NCBI RefSeq assembly: GCF_009914755.1
Contig: NC_060925.1
Source: the human T2T-CHM13v2.0 reference genome, Homo sapiens
Length of the DNA: 64,000 bases
Strand: one strand, 5' to 3'
In this document: positions 22,920 to 36,646 of the stretch, one piece after another
Numbering within the stretch: position 1 is the stretch's first letter
How the letters are laid out: every line of letters begins with the position of its first letter
Position numbers and translations under genes: made by a program
The notes under the pieces: generated by a model
Database searches by the model: none
The model's input: the letters and a program-made list of their open reading frames with translations, nothing else
What the model was told of the DNA's origin: nothing

Positions 22920-23552
22920 CATAGTCATGCTGCCAGGGTGATTGTCGCAGCTCTGCCTCCCTAGCGCTATGGCCCGTGGTCTCGGCTCCTCAAGTTCCGC
23001 TGCCATTACTACCAAAGCCGCTGACACCCGTGGAGCCCAATCACGGATCCCACGCCTTGGGAAAGCCAGTGCGCTTGCTGGCATGAGTGGCTCTGGCGGG
23101 TGGCCCAACCATTAGGCGCAGATCCCCCGCAGCCGAGAGAGAAGTGGCCCGTCAGCCACTCGGCTTGGCTTGGCAGAAGCCGCTCCGCTCGAGAGTCCTG
23201 GCCCATCCCGTGGCCAGCCGAGAGTGCGAGGGTGGCGGTGGTGGTGGTGGCGGGTCACCTGGCGGCCATGGGAGGAGAAAGCCTGACCTGGCCAGTGGGC
23301 TTTGCCGCTGACAAAGAGTGGGAGCGAGGCGAGCACCTGACAAGGAAGGGCTGTGAAGCTGATGTTGCGAAGGTGGCGCCAGCGAGGCCAAAAGGAGGGA
23401 TGGGTGGAGGTAGGCGGGGAGCGTTGGGGCGGCGCACGTGGAAGCCGAGGGAGGTTGTGGCTGGGGCGCGGGAGAAGCGAGCCAGCCTGTTGGTCAAAAG
23501 GGGAGGTGTGAAGGGGCCTGGCAGTTGGCAGGCAGAGCCAACGAAGGAAGGC

Positions 23553-23624
23553 TTCCCTGACCGGGAATCGAACCCGGGCCGCGGCGGTGAGAGCGCCGAA
23601 TCCTAACCACTAGACCACCAGGGA
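23553..23624 (-). tRNA. TRE-CTC1: tRNA-Glu(CTC), unit 4
   Basis: Identical to unit 1. Confidence 0.97.
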
Positions 23625-23910
23625 GAGGCGGCTTCAGGGCCCGGCTTGCGCCTCCTGGCCCCAGCGCCTCTGGCCCCAGCACTGGGCGCTACCTTGGCGC
23701 CTGTCCCCTGCTTCGCTTTAAAACAAACACCCGCAACCAGCCCCCGCGACGCCGGCGGCAACCGGCCTGCCCTCACGAGCAGCTCTGGCCCTGTTCGCAG
23801 CACACCCTCCAAACACCGCGCGCGTCCTTCCCCGGCGCACAGGCACGCAGCCACAGGCCAAGCTGCGACGCGAGCTCCGCGACGGGGACCTCCGCAAAAG
23901 GTCCGCCCGC

Positions 23911-23982
23911 TGCGTTGGCCGGGAATCGAACCCGGGTCAACTGCTTGGAAGGCAGCTATGCTCACCACTATACCACCAACGC
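23911..23982 (-). tRNA. TRG-TCC2: tRNA-Gly(TCC), unit 4
   Basis: Identical to unit 1. Confidence 0.97.
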
Positions 23983-24568
23983 CGCACGGCGCGGGCAGCC
24001 CCGCCGCGCCGGCCCGGGGCTCCCACCAGCGCGCCGCCGACGCCCGGGGCAGGCCGGCCCCGACGCCCGGTCCGTCCGCCCGCCCGCAGCTCCGCGCTGC
24101 CGCGGCCCCGCCAAAGGCCGCCCCGCGCCCCACCGGGGCAAGGCCAGCGCGGCTGCCCCGTTCCGCCCGCCTGCCTCTGGGGGCGCTCTCGCTCCCTCGC
24201 CGCCCGGGGCCGCCAGAGCCCTTCCCCACCAGGTGCCCGGCGGGGACACGGCCGGCGCCGACGGGGTCCCCACTCCTCCGCCTCCCACCGGGCGCCGGGC
24301 CCTGTGCCTCGCAGAAAGCCTCTTCCGACACCCACTTTGGGCCGGCAGCTCTCTGGGCGCCGTGGGGGCCAGAGGAGGCCGCCCGGCTGCGGGCGACCAA
24401 GCCGCGGGCGAGAAGAAAAGGTAGGAGGCCAAGGGGGCCCAGGAGGCCCAGGGGGCCAAGGGGCCAGGCCCGAGATGGCGCCCTGCGACTAGCGGGAGGG
24501 CGGAGGAAGGAGAGAGAAGGAGGGCCCACAGGCTGGGTCCGAGGCGGCGGCCCAAAAAGCACGGCTGC

Positions 24569-24640
24569 CTCCCCGTCGGGGAATCGAACCCCGGTCTCCC
24601 GCGTGACAGGCGGGGATACTCACCACTATACTAACGAGGA
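24569..24640 (-). tRNA. TRD-GTC2: tRNA-Asp(GTC), unit 4
   Basis: Identical to unit 1. Confidence 0.97.
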
Positions 24641-25276
24641 CGACGGCGACGGTCGCCGGGACGCCAGACCCCACTCCGACCGCGGACGCCTAGCCCTGCC
24701 TTGATCCCCTCCCCCGACGGCAGGGGCCGGGCGCGTGCTCGCCTTCCACCCGCCGCCCGCCGCCCGCCACCCGCCACACGCCACCCGTCACCTGCCACCC
24801 GCCCCCCGCCACCGTTGGCACGACCTACCCCGACACCCAACAAAGCACCCTGCGATCCCGCTGGGACCCGGAGCCGGAGCCGGACCCCGACAGGTACCGG
24901 AGCGGCGTGGAACCTCCCCGCGCGCCCTGCCTGCTGTCTCCAACGCGGGGATCGCGCCGGGGCAGGAGGAGGCGCGGGCGAAACAGTCAGGCCGCTGCTC
25001 CTAGGACGCGGTGGGCGCACGCCCTGCGGGGTTCGGCGAGCGGAGGCGCGGGGGCTGGGGCGTGCGCCGGCGGCGGCCGGCCCGACGCGGACCCTTTGGG
25101 TCCGGGGTGGGGACGCGGGGGCGTCCACGCCAACGCCAGCCGGCTCCGTTCACTTGGCGCCCGCTCCGCCCGCGCGGTCCGTCGGTTGCGCACCGAACCC
25201 AGACAGGCGCCGGCCAAGGGCGCAGGCGTTCGCGCCGGGTCCCAGCCATGCCAGCGGCGACGCGCCCCGGCGCGCC

Positions 25277-25359
25277 GTCAGGATGGCCGAGCGGTCTAAG
25301 GCGCTGCGTTCAGGTCGCAGTCTCCCCTGGAGGCGTGGGTTCGAATCCCACTCCTGACA
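25277..25359 (+). tRNA. TRL-CAG1: tRNA-Leu(CAG), unit 4
   Basis: Identical to unit 1. Confidence 0.97.
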
Positions 25360-27002
25360 AGCCGACCTTTTGGCCCGCCCGCCGGAGGGCAACGCCCATG
25401 GCAACCCTGGAGCACCTTTGGCCGCTTCCTGCCTTGAGCCCTTGCCCGCTCTCCAGACTCCAGCCCCCTTGAAGCAAGCCTCCAAAACGCCGCCGCTTCT
25501 CAGGCACGTCCGTTCTTCCTGCCCACCCGCCGGCTGTCGCAGAAACAGCCCAGGACCATGCGCCAGCGCCCGCGACCCTCTACCAATTGCCCTTCGGACA
25601 GACGCCCTCCCCACCACCTCACACGCCCTCTTCCCTGGCCCCACACACAGCGAGCGACCGCGACCACCTTCCACGCTCTTCCCTGCCTATCTCCTCCGCC
25701 CGCCTTCTCCTCACTCGCCCAAACAGACACAGCCCAGATTCTTCCCCTATTCCTCCTTTTCCCTCCTTCCTCCCACCGGCCTGCGCCCACCGCCCACCGC
25801 CTTGAATCGCCGCTGCGCTGCCCAGAGGCGTCCTGGCCTGAACAGCCCGCCCGGTTTCACCCTCCAACTTCTGACCGCTGAGCAGCAGCGAGCGACTCGC
25901 TCGTGGAGCCGCACACACGTCTCCCACCAGAGGCACGCCATCCAACATCCTGTCCTTTCCTCCGACCCCTCGGACCCCGGCCGCGCATTCCATTCTGCCG
26001 ACACCCTAGCCAGGTCGCCGATCCCACCTCGCTACCTGTGCTCCCTTCCCGCTAACACCTGCCTGCCGGCCCACCTGCAGCCCGGACGCCTGCCGGCCAG
26101 AGGCAGCGGGAACCCTGCACACAGCCTGGCAGGCGAGTCCAAACCCGGAAAGACAGCCCAAGAGGAATCACGAGCGGAAGCCCTAGATCCCCGTCACCCG
26201 CCCACAAACGCCTGGCCCCGCCGGGACCAGCTCTGCGCCACAGCGCATCCCCACGCGGGAAGCCGCGGCCTGGGCCGTCCCAGCCACACCCAGCGCGCCT
26301 TCTCCAGGGTCAGCCAGCTGCGGCTCTGCCGAAGCGCTCCTCCGCTCCTTTCTCGCGCTCCAGCCTCCCTACCAGCCCAGGGGGCCGGACCCCAAGTGCG
26401 AGCCGGTGGCGTGGGTCAGAGCGCAGGAGCGAGGCGCCCACGGACCTGGTCTGCGTTTCTGAGCCGCACGCCACGGCTGCGAGACCCGTTCCCCATCGCC
26501 GCCCCCGCTCGCTGACACACCCATCCCGCCTCTCACCTGCTGGTGACACAAGTGAGAAGGCTGGCCCCACGGTGGTGAAAAAAAAAACACCTCACGAAAG
26601 AAAGAAAGACAGAAAGAAACAACAAAAACAAAACACAAAAACTCTGGGTCTGTGCCGGGGATCCGCGCTCAGCAAGGCCCGCCACAGCAAATCTGCCCAC
26701 ACGGGCATTCGGGCGCGGGCCACGGCCGGTCCTTCCCCTGGAGACCCCGGCGGGCAGTCTCTCGACCCTGGGCGGCAGAGAAAGCGCAAGATGGGACGAG
26801 TCGGCCTCTCTCCCTCCGCTCTCCCTCCGCGCCCCGCCTCAGGTCCCTCGACGTGACGAGAGCCTCCCCTTCTGCTCGCCCCATCGGGCCAGCCTCTCGT
26901 GGACGCTGCAATAGGACGGAGGCCCACGGCAGGCGGTGACCAGTGAACGGCGGCTGGTGGCGAGTTCCGCTGTGCCAGCTTCCGTTGGCGTTTGCCATCG
27001 GT

Positions 27003-27073
27003 GCATGGGTGGTTCAGTGGTAGAATTCTCGCCTGCCACGCGGGAGGCCCGGGTTCGATTCCCGGCCCATGCA
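27003..27073 (+). tRNA. TRG-GCC1: tRNA-Gly(GCC), unit 4
   Basis: Identical to unit 1. Confidence 0.97.
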
Positions 27074-27456
27074 GCACGCCCTCCCATTTTGGTGCTGCAG
27101 CAGCACCAAGGCGTAGCTGCGCTCGCCTCTGCCGCCTCCTTACACTCGGGGCGCGCGAGCGAGTCCGGCACCGGCTGCGCTCCCACGCGCGACGGCCCTC
27201 TGCCCTTTCTTCCGTGCCTCTCTCGACTGACTTAGGGATGAGCCTACCCCACGCACCCACACACCTTGGTGACAACAACCCCTCCAGACACGAGAGCGCG
27301 CCAGACACCAGAACTTGGCAGCCTCCTGGTCCTGTTTCTCTTCATTGCCCTGCCACCGCCTCTGCCCGACGCATTTCACTTCACGGAACACCGCCAGGCA
27401 CCACGGGCTTGCAGCCACTCGCACCACCCCTTCTCTTCACATTTCACCGCCTCGAC

Positions 27457-27487
<31 letters not shown>

Positions 27488-29281
27488 CCCCCCCCCCCTC
27501 GCTGGCTCCCCACATCCAGAAAATGATGCCATGGTTGCCCTTCCAGTAGGAAGGAAGTCGCGACTCCAGGGAGTAACTCATCACTTTCCCCTAGTTGGTC
27601 ACACAGTCCTTAACGCGACCACACGAGTGTACGCGTGGCATGTGCACCGTCTATATTCACCGTGTTCCGGCTACTCCACACTCTCTCCCCTCATTCTGCC
27701 GGCACCACCACCGCCATGTCGCAACTCCCAACCTAACCCCAATCCACCACTTTAGTCGAGGATGCTGCCTTGTTTCTCCCCCTCGGACCTCTTTTCATCT
27801 CAGCCCCAGACACATGCCTGAGACGTGAATGTGCGTCCTGAAGACGGCTTATTTATGTCTCGGGTCCAGTTGCATTCCCTACCCTTTTGGGACGTGGGAC
27901 GTGGCCTCCAGTCGCTCTGTCACGATGTCTCTCCCACCCTGGGCTGCTTGCCACCTCACCCCAGCCCCACTCCATACTCTGACCGCCCAGCCCAAGCAGC
28001 ATCCCAGTCTCGCCGGCGCGGGTCCCCTTTGACCACACAGACTTCGTTCCTGCCCAGACCAACCGGCTGAAAATGTACTGTTCCCACCAGCCTTCAGGCT
28101 CAGCCCTCCCTCCCCCACCTTTGTCTCACGCCACCCACCCCTTCACTCACACACACACTCTGACGCGCACACACACACACACACACTCACACTCTCACTC
28201 TCTCTCTCTCTCACTCTCTGTCTTTCTCTGTCTCTCTCTCTCTCTCTGTCTCTATGTCTCTATCTCTCTGTCTCTGTCTCACACAGCCAACTCTCCGTCT
28301 CGCCGTCAATGCCCCTCTCTCAGACGACTCATATCCCCCAGCCCTGGCCTCCTTCAGCCTCTTCAGACTCACGCCAGCTCCGCCACCAGCTGGGATCCCT
28401 CCGACCTATGGCATAGGCAGCCCGCGAGGTGCCCTAACGCCCCAGGCATCTGCACAACCTCCGTTTGACTGCACAGCCTCACTCCCAGACCTGGCCAGCC
28501 AGCCCTGTGCACCCCCTGGACACCCTGGACTCCTTCTTCCAGCTCCCAGCACGCGACATGCTTCTCTCCTTTCCTTGGTGTCAGCCCCTTGCCCCGGGCT
28601 AGGGTGGACGCCAGCCACGGGATCGGACACCTTCGTCCGTCGCTGTCACCCACTGACATCCACCCACAACACGCTGGCAAGCAAGCCAGCCTCCCGTGGG
28701 GATGGCAAACATCTCTATCCCCGATAGGGTCTGGTCCCTGCAGGTGATCCGACTGTGCCAAGATCCCACGAATGACACGGGACAGGTTTGTGCAGTTGGT
28801 TGGACGTCTACTTTGCCCCTACAGAGGGGTTTTGGCAAGAAGTCGACTGACTTCTGCCATTGACCTGGGGAATCAGCCAAACAATAAGATCAGTACGGGT
28901 TGAATAGAGGTTGGAGAACTGGGCTCATCTGTGCTAAGGAGGGGATGGGAAAAAAGTCCCACAGCGAATCTTGGCGCTGGGGATAGGTACCATCTCCACA
29001 TGTTCCTTGACATTTGGAGAGACGATAGAGAGCGTAGGTCAGGCAATGGGAAGCAAACTTCGGCTAGAAGTCTGTCAGGAACCCCAACCCCGCACATGCG
29101 CTTTGGTCAGCCTGGCCGTTGGGTTTTCCCCACGAACTGCTGCATCTCCACGCTTCAATGCCCGTGGCCAGGTTGGTCTGACTAATGGGACCTCTCAAGA
29201 TTCATTTTCACATCCAGAATAGGCGAGAATCTCAAACCTGTCGACGGTGAGCGGGAGCATGTGTACGCACATGCACGTGTA

Positions 29282-30275
29282 CGTTGCGGGAAGTCAGGGA
29301 CCCCGAACGGAGGGAGCGGCTGGAGCTGCGGCCGAGGCACGTAAATTGTGAGGATTTCATTTCAATACGGACATTCATCAGTTCCCAAATAATGCTTTTA
29401 TAATTTCTTACGCCTGTCTTTACTTTAATCTCTTAATCCTGTTATCTTCGTAAGCTGAGGATGTACGTCACCTCAGGACCGCTGTGACAATTGTGTTGAC
29501 TCTACAAATTGATGGTAAAACGTGTGTGTTTGAACAGCATGAAATCAGGGCACCTTGAAAAAGAATAGAATAACAGCGACTTTTAGGGAACAGGGGAAGA
29601 CAACGGTAAGGTCTGACTGCCTGCGAGGTCGGGCAGAAAGAGCCATATTTTTCTTCTTGCAGAGAGCCTATGAAGGACGTGCAGGTAGGGAAGATGTGGC
29701 TAAGACAACCTAAGTGTCCATCGGCCGGGAAATGGATTAACAAAAATGTGGCATATAGACACCATGGAATACTCTTTGGCCATAGAAAAGAACGAAATCC
29801 TCTGGTCTGCAGCAACAGAGGCGGAGCTAAAGGTCACGATGGAACATCAAACGAGCCGGGCACAGAAAGACAGAGAGGGCAGGTTCTTACTCCAATCCTG
29901 GGAGCTCAAAATGTTCACCTTGTGGAGGTAGAGAGTAGAACGATAGACACCAGAGGCTGGAGAGGGTGTGTGGGTGACTGCGGTGAAGAGAGGTTGGTGA
30001 AATGGGTCCGAGCATGCGTTTGGATGGAGGGAATACGTTCCAATAATGTTCTACGGCGGAGTAGGGCGACTAGGGGTAACAACGATGTATTAGTGCTTGT
30101 TTCCGAAGAGCTCCTGGAAGACAGCACCTGAGATGCTCCCAACAGGTAGAGATGACAGATACCCACGGGATGGATGCCCTACATCCCCTCAGTTGACCAT
30201 CGATCACTACGCGATGTACACGCGTTACCACACGTCACAGGAATCCCATGGATATCATGTCCGCATGAAGAAAAA
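29282..30275 (+). mobile_element. MER11 5' fragment + L1M 3' fragment
   Basis: Copy of 7182-8175. Confidence 0.85.
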
Positions 30276-30908
30276 CATAGTCATGCTGCCAGGGTGATTG
30301 TCGCAGCTCTGCCTCCCTAGCGCTATGGCCCGTGGTCTCGGCTCCTCAAGTTCCGCTGCCATTACTACCAAAGCCGCTGACACCCGTGGAGCCCAATCAC
30401 GGATCCCACGCCTTGGGAAAGCCAGTGCGCTTGCTGGCATGAGTGGCTCTGGCGGGTGGCCCAACCATTAGGCGCAGATCCCCCGCAGCCGAGAGAGAAG
30501 TGGCCCGTCAGCCACTCGGCTTGGCTTGGCAGAAGCCGCTCCGCTCGAGAGTCCTGGCCCATCCCGTGGCCAGCCGAGAGTGCGAGGGTGGCGGTGGTGG
30601 TGGTGGCGGGTCACCTGGCGGCCATGGGAGGAGAAAGCCTGACCTGGCCAGTGGGCTTTGCCGCTGACAAAGAGTGGGAGCGAGGCGAGCACCTGACAAG
30701 GAAGGGCTGTGAAGCTGATGTTGCGAAGGTGGCGCCAGCGAGGCCAAAAGGAGGGATGGGTGGAGGTAGGCGGGGAGCGTTGGGGCGGCGCACGTGGAAG
30801 CCGAGGGAGGTTGTGGCTGGGGCGCGGGAGAAGCGAGCCAGCCTGTTGGTCAAAAGGGGAGGTGTGAAGGGGCCTGGCAGTTGGCAGGCAGAGCCAACGA
30901 AGGAAGGC

Positions 30909-30980
30909 TTCCCTGACCGGGAATCGAACCCGGGCCGCGGCGGTGAGAGCGCCGAATCCTAACCACTAGACCACCAGGGA
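30909..30980 (-). tRNA. TRE-CTC1: tRNA-Glu(CTC), unit 5
   Basis: Identical to unit 1. Confidence 0.97.
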
Positions 30981-31266
30981 GAGGCGGCTTCAGGGCCCGG
31001 CTTGCGCCTCCTGGCCCCAGCGCCTCTGGCCCCAGCACTGGGCGCTACCTTGGCGCCTGTCCCCTGCTTCGCTTTAAAACAAACACCCGCAACCAGCCCC
31101 CGCGACGCCGGCGGCAACCGGCCTGCCCTCACGAGCAGCTCTGGCCCTGTTCGCAGCACACCCTCCAAACACCGCGCGCGTCCTTCCCCGGCGCACAGGC
31201 ACGCAGCCACAGGCCAAGCTGCGACGCGAGCTCCGCGACGGGGACCTCCGCAAAAGGTCCGCCCGC

Positions 31267-31338
31267 TGCGTTGGCCGGGAATCGAACCCGGGTCAACTGC
31301 TTGGAAGGCAGCTATGCTCACCACTATACCACCAACGC
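31267..31338 (-). tRNA. TRG-TCC2: tRNA-Gly(TCC), unit 5
   Basis: Identical to unit 1. Confidence 0.97.
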
Positions 31339-31924
31339 CGCACGGCGCGGGCAGCCCCGCCGCGCCGGCCCGGGGCTCCCACCAGCGCGCCGCCGACGCC
31401 CGGGGCAGGCCGGCCCCGACGCCCGGTCCGTCCGCCCGCCCGCAGCTCCGCGCTGCCGCGGCCCCGCCAAAGGCCGCCCCGCGCCCCACCGGGGCAAGGC
31501 CAGCGCGGCTGCCCCGTTCCGCCCGCCTGCCTCTGGGGGCGCTCTCGCTCCCTCGCCGCCCGGGGCCGCCAGAGCCCTTCCCCACCAGGTGCCCGGCGGG
31601 GACACGGCCGGCGCCGACGGGGTCCCCACTCCTCCGCCTCCCACCGGGCGCCGGGCCCTGTGCCTCGCAGAAAGCCTCTTCCGACACCCACTTTGGGCCG
31701 GCAGCTCTCTGGGCGCCGTGGGGGCCAGAGGAGGCCGCCCGGCTGCGGGCGACCAAGCCGCGGGCGAGAAGAAAAGGTAGGAGGCCAAGGGGGCCCAGGA
31801 GGCCCAGGGGGCCAAGGGGCCAGGCCCGAGATGGCGCCCTGCGACTAGCGGGAGGGCGGAGGAAGGAGAGAGAAGGAGGGCCCACAGGCTGGGTCCGAGG
31901 CGGCGGCCCAAAAAGCACGGCTGC

Positions 31925-31996
31925 CTCCCCGTCGGGGAATCGAACCCCGGTCTCCCGCGTGACAGGCGGGGATACTCACCACTATACTAACGAGGA
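31925..31996 (-). tRNA. TRD-GTC2: tRNA-Asp(GTC), unit 5
   Basis: Identical to unit 1. Confidence 0.97.
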
Positions 31997-32632
31997 CGAC
32001 GGCGACGGTCGCCGGGACGCCAGACCCCACTCCGACCGCGGACGCCTAGCCCTGCCTTGATCCCCTCCCCCGACGGCAGGGGCCGGGCGCGTGCTCGCCT
32101 TCCACCCGCCGCCCGCCGCCCGCCACCCGCCACACGCCACCCGTCACCTGCCACCCGCCCCCCGCCACCGTTGGCACGACCTACCCCGACACCCAACAAA
32201 GCACCCTGCGATCCCGCTGGGACCCGGAGCCGGAGCCGGACCCCGACAGGTACCGGAGCGGCGTGGAACCTCCCCGCGCGCCCTGCCTGCTGTCTCCAAC
32301 GCGGGGATCGCGCCGGGGCAGGAGGAGGCGCGGGCGAAACAGTCAGGCCGCTGCTCCTAGGACGCGGTGGGCGCACGCCCTGCGGGGTTCGGCGAGCGGA
32401 GGCGCGGGGGCTGGGGCGTGCGCCGGCGGCGGCCGGCCCGACGCGGACCCTTTGGGTCCGGGGTGGGGACGCGGGGGCGTCCACGCCAACGCCAGCCGTC
32501 TCCGTTCACTTGGCGCCCGCTCCGCCCGCGCGGTCCGTCGGTTGCGCACCGAACCCAGACAGGCGCCGGCCAAGGGCGCAGGCGTTCGCGCCGGGTCCCA
32601 GCCATGCCAGCGGCGACGCGCCCCGGCGCGCC

Positions 32633-32715
32633 GTCAGGATGGCCGAGCGGTCTAAGGCGCTGCGTTCAGGTCGCAGTCTCCCCTGGAGGCGTGGGTTCGA
32701 ATCCCACTCCTGACA
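32633..32715 (+). tRNA. TRL-CAG1: tRNA-Leu(CAG), unit 5
   Basis: Identical to unit 1. Confidence 0.97.
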
Positions 32716-34358
32716 AGCCGACCTTTTGGCCCGCCCGCCGGAGGGCAACGCCCATGGCAACCCTGGAGCACCTTTGGCCGCTTCCTGCCTTGAGCCCTTG
32801 CCCGCTCTCCAGACTCCAGCCCCCTTGAAGCAAGCCTCCAAAACGCCGCCGCTTCTCAGGCACGTCCGTTCTTCCTGCCCACCCGCCGGCTGTCGCAGAA
32901 ACAGCCCAGGACCATGCGCCAGCGCCCGCGACCCTCTACCAATTGCCCTTCGGACAGACGCCCTCCCCACCACCTCACACGCCCTCTTCCCTGGCCCCAC
33001 ACACAGCGAGCGACCGCGACCACCTTCCACGCTCTTCCCTGCCTATCTCCTCCGCCCGCCTTCTCCTCACTCGCCCAAACAGACACAGCCCAGATTCTTC
33101 CCCTATTCCTCCTTTTCCCTCCTTCCTCCCACCGGCCTGCGCCCACCGCCCACCGCCTTGAATCGCCGCTGCGCTGCCCAGAGGCGTCCTGGCCTGAACA
33201 GCCCGCCCGGTTTCACCCTCCAACTTCTGACCGCTGAGCAGCAGCGAGCGACTCGCTCGTGGAGCCGCACACACGTCTCCCACCAGAGGCACGCCATCCA
33301 ACATCCTGTCCTTTCCTCCGACCCCTCGGACCCCGGCCGCGCATTCCATTCTGCCGACACCCTAGCCAGGTCGCCGATCCCACCTCGCTACCTGTGCTCC
33401 CTTCCCGCTAACACCTGCCTGCCGGCCCACCTGCAGCCCGGACGCCTGCCGGCCAGAGGCAGCGGGAACCCTGCACACAGCCTGGCAGGCGAGTCCAAAC
33501 CCGGAAAGACAGCCCAAGAGGAATCACGAGCGGAAGCCCTAGATCCCCGTCACCCGCCCACAAACGCCTGGCCCCGCCGGGACCAGCTCTGCGCCACAGC
33601 GCATCCCCACGCGGGAAGCCGCGGCCTGGGCCGTCCCAGCCACACCCAGCGCGCCTTCTCCAGGGTCAGCCAGCTGCGGCTCTGCCGAAGCGCTCCTCCG
33701 CTCCTTTCTCGCGCTCCAGCCTCCCTACCAGCCCAGGGGGCCGGACCCCAAGTGCGAGCCGGTGGCGTGGGTCAGAGCGCAGGAGCGAGGCGCCCACGGA
33801 CCTGGTCTGCGTTTCTGAGCCGCACGCCACGGCTGCGAGACCCGTTCCCCATCGCCGCCCCCGCTCGCTGACACACCCATCCCGCCTCTCACCTGCTGGT
33901 GACACAAGTGAGAAGGCTGGCCCCACGGTGGTGAAAAAAAAAACACCTCACGAAAGAAAGAAAGACAGAAAGAAACAACAAAAACAAAACACAAAAACTC
34001 TGGGTCTGTGCCGGGGATCCGCGCTCAGCAAGGCCCGCCACAGCAAATCTGCCCACACGGGCATTCGGGCGCGGGCCACGGCCGGTCCTTCCCCTGGAGA
34101 CCCCGGCGGGCAGTCTCTCGACCCTGGGCGGCAGAGAAAGCGCAAGATGGGACGAGTCGGCCTCTCTCCCTCCGCTCTCCCTCCGCGCCCCGCCTCAGGT
34201 CCCTCGACGTGACGAGAGCCTCCCCTTCTGCTCGCCCCATCGGGCCAGCCTCTCGTGGACGCTGCAATAGGACGGAGGCCCACGGCAGGCGGTGACCAGT
34301 GAACGGCGGCTGGTGGCGAGTTCCGCTGTGCCAGCTTCCGTTGGCGTTTGCCATCGGT

Positions 34359-34429
34359 GCATGGGTGGTTCAGTGGTAGAATTCTCGCCTGCCACGCGGG
34401 AGGCCCGGGTTCGATTCCCGGCCCATGCA
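34359..34429 (+). tRNA. TRG-GCC1: tRNA-Gly(GCC), unit 5
   Basis: Identical to unit 1. Confidence 0.97.
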
Positions 34430-34803
34430 GCACGCCCTCCCATTTTGGTGCTGCAGCAGCACCAAGGCGTAGCTGCGCTCGCCTCTGCCGCCTCCTTACA
34501 CTCGGGGCGCGCGAGCGAGTCCGGCACCGGCTGCGCTCCCACGCGCGACGGCCCTCTGCCCTTTCTTCCGTGCCTCTCTCGACTGACTTAGGGATGAGCC
34601 TACCCCACGCACCCACACACCTTGGTGACAACAACCCCTCCAGACACGAGAGCGCGCCAGACACCAGAACTTGGCAGCCTCCTGGTCCTGTTTCTCTTCA
34701 TTGCCCTGCCACCGCCTCTGCCCGACGCATTTCACTTCACGGAACACCGCCAGGCACCACGGGCTTGCAGCCACTCGCACCACCCCTTCTCTTCACATTT
34801 CAC

Positions 34804-34855
<52 letters not shown>

Positions 34856-36646
34856 CCCCCCCCCCCCTCGCTGGCTCCCCACATCCAGAAAATGATGCCA
34901 TGGTTGCCCTTCCAGTAGGAAGGAAGTCGCGACTCCAGGGAGTAACTCATCACTTTCCCCTAGTTGGTCACACAGTCCTTAACGCGACCACACGAGTGTA
35001 CGCGTGGCATGTGCACCGTCTATATTCACCGTGTTCCGGCTACTCCACACTCTCTCCCCTCATTCTGCCGGCACCACCACCGCCATGTCGCAACTCCCAA
35101 CCTAACCCCAATCCACCACTTTAGTCGAGGATGCTGCCTTGTTTCTCCCCCTCGGACCTCTTTTCATCTCAGCCCCAGACACATGCCTGAGACGTGAATG
35201 TGCGTCCTGAAGACGGCTTATTTATGTCTCGGGTCCAGTTGCATTCCCTACCCTTTTGGGACGTGGGACGTGGCCTCCAGTCGCTCTGTCACGATGTCTC
35301 TCCCACCCTGGGCTGCTTGCCACCTCACCCCAGCCCCACTCCATACTCTGACCGCTCAGCCCAAGCAGCATCCCAGTCTCGCCGGCGCGGGTCCCCTTTG
35401 ACCACACAGACTTCGTTCCTGCCCAGACCAACCGGCTGAAAATGTACTGTTCCCACCAGCCTTCAGGCTCAGCCCTCCCTCCCCCACCTTTGTCTCACGC
35501 CACCCACCCCTTCACTCACACACACACTCTGACGCGCACACACACACACACACACTCACACTCTCACTCTCTCTCTCACTCTCTGTCTTTCTCTGTCTCT
35601 CTCTCTCTCTCTGTCTCTATGTCTCTATCTCTCTGTCTCTGTCTCACACAGCCAACTCTCCGTCTCGCCGTCAATGCCCCTCTCTCAGACGACTCATATC
35701 CCCCAGCCCTGGCCTCCTTCAGCCTCTTCAGACTCACGCCAGCTCCGCCACCAGCTGGGATCCCTCCGACCTATGGCATAGGCAGCCCGCGAGGTGCCCT
35801 AACGCCCCAGGCATCTGCACAACCTCCGTTTGACTGCACAGCCTCACTCCCAGACCTGGCCAGCCAGCCCTGTGCACCCCCTGGACACCCTGGACTCCTT
35901 CTTCCAGCTCCCAGCACGCGACATGCTTCTCTCCTTTCCTTGGTGTCAGCCCCTTGCCCCGGGCTAGGGTGGACGCCAGCCACGGGATCGGACACCTTCT
36001 TCCGTCGCTGTCACCCACTGACATCCACCCACAACACGCTGGCAAGCAAGCCAGCCTCCCGTGGGGATGGCAAACATCTCTATCCCCGATAGGGTCTGGT
36101 CCCTGCAGGTGATCCGACTGTGCCAAGATCCCACGAATGACACGGGACAGGTTTGTGCAGTTGGTTGGACGTCTACTTTGCCCCTACAGAGGGGTTTTGG
36201 CAAGAAGTCGACTGACTTCTGCCATTGACCTGGGGAATCAGCCAAACAATAAGATCAGTACGGGTTGAATAGAGGTTGGAGAACTGGGCTCATCTGTGCT
36301 AAGGAGGGGATGGGAAAAAAGTCCCACAGCGAATCTTGGCGCTGGGGATAGGTACCATCTCCACATGTTCCTTGACATTTGGAGAGACGATAGAGAGCGT
36401 AGGTCAGGCAATGGGAAGCAAACTTCGGCTAGAAGTCTGTCAGGAACCCCAACCCCGCACATGCGCTTTGGTCAGCCTGGCCGTTGGGTTTTCCCCACGA
36501 ACTGCTGCATCTCCACGCTTCAATGCCCGTGGCCAGGTTGGTCTGACTAACGGGACCTCTCAAGATTCATTTTCACATCCAGAATAGGCGAGAATCTCAA
36601 ACCTGTCGACGGTGAGCGGGAGCATGTGTACGCACATGCACGTGTA

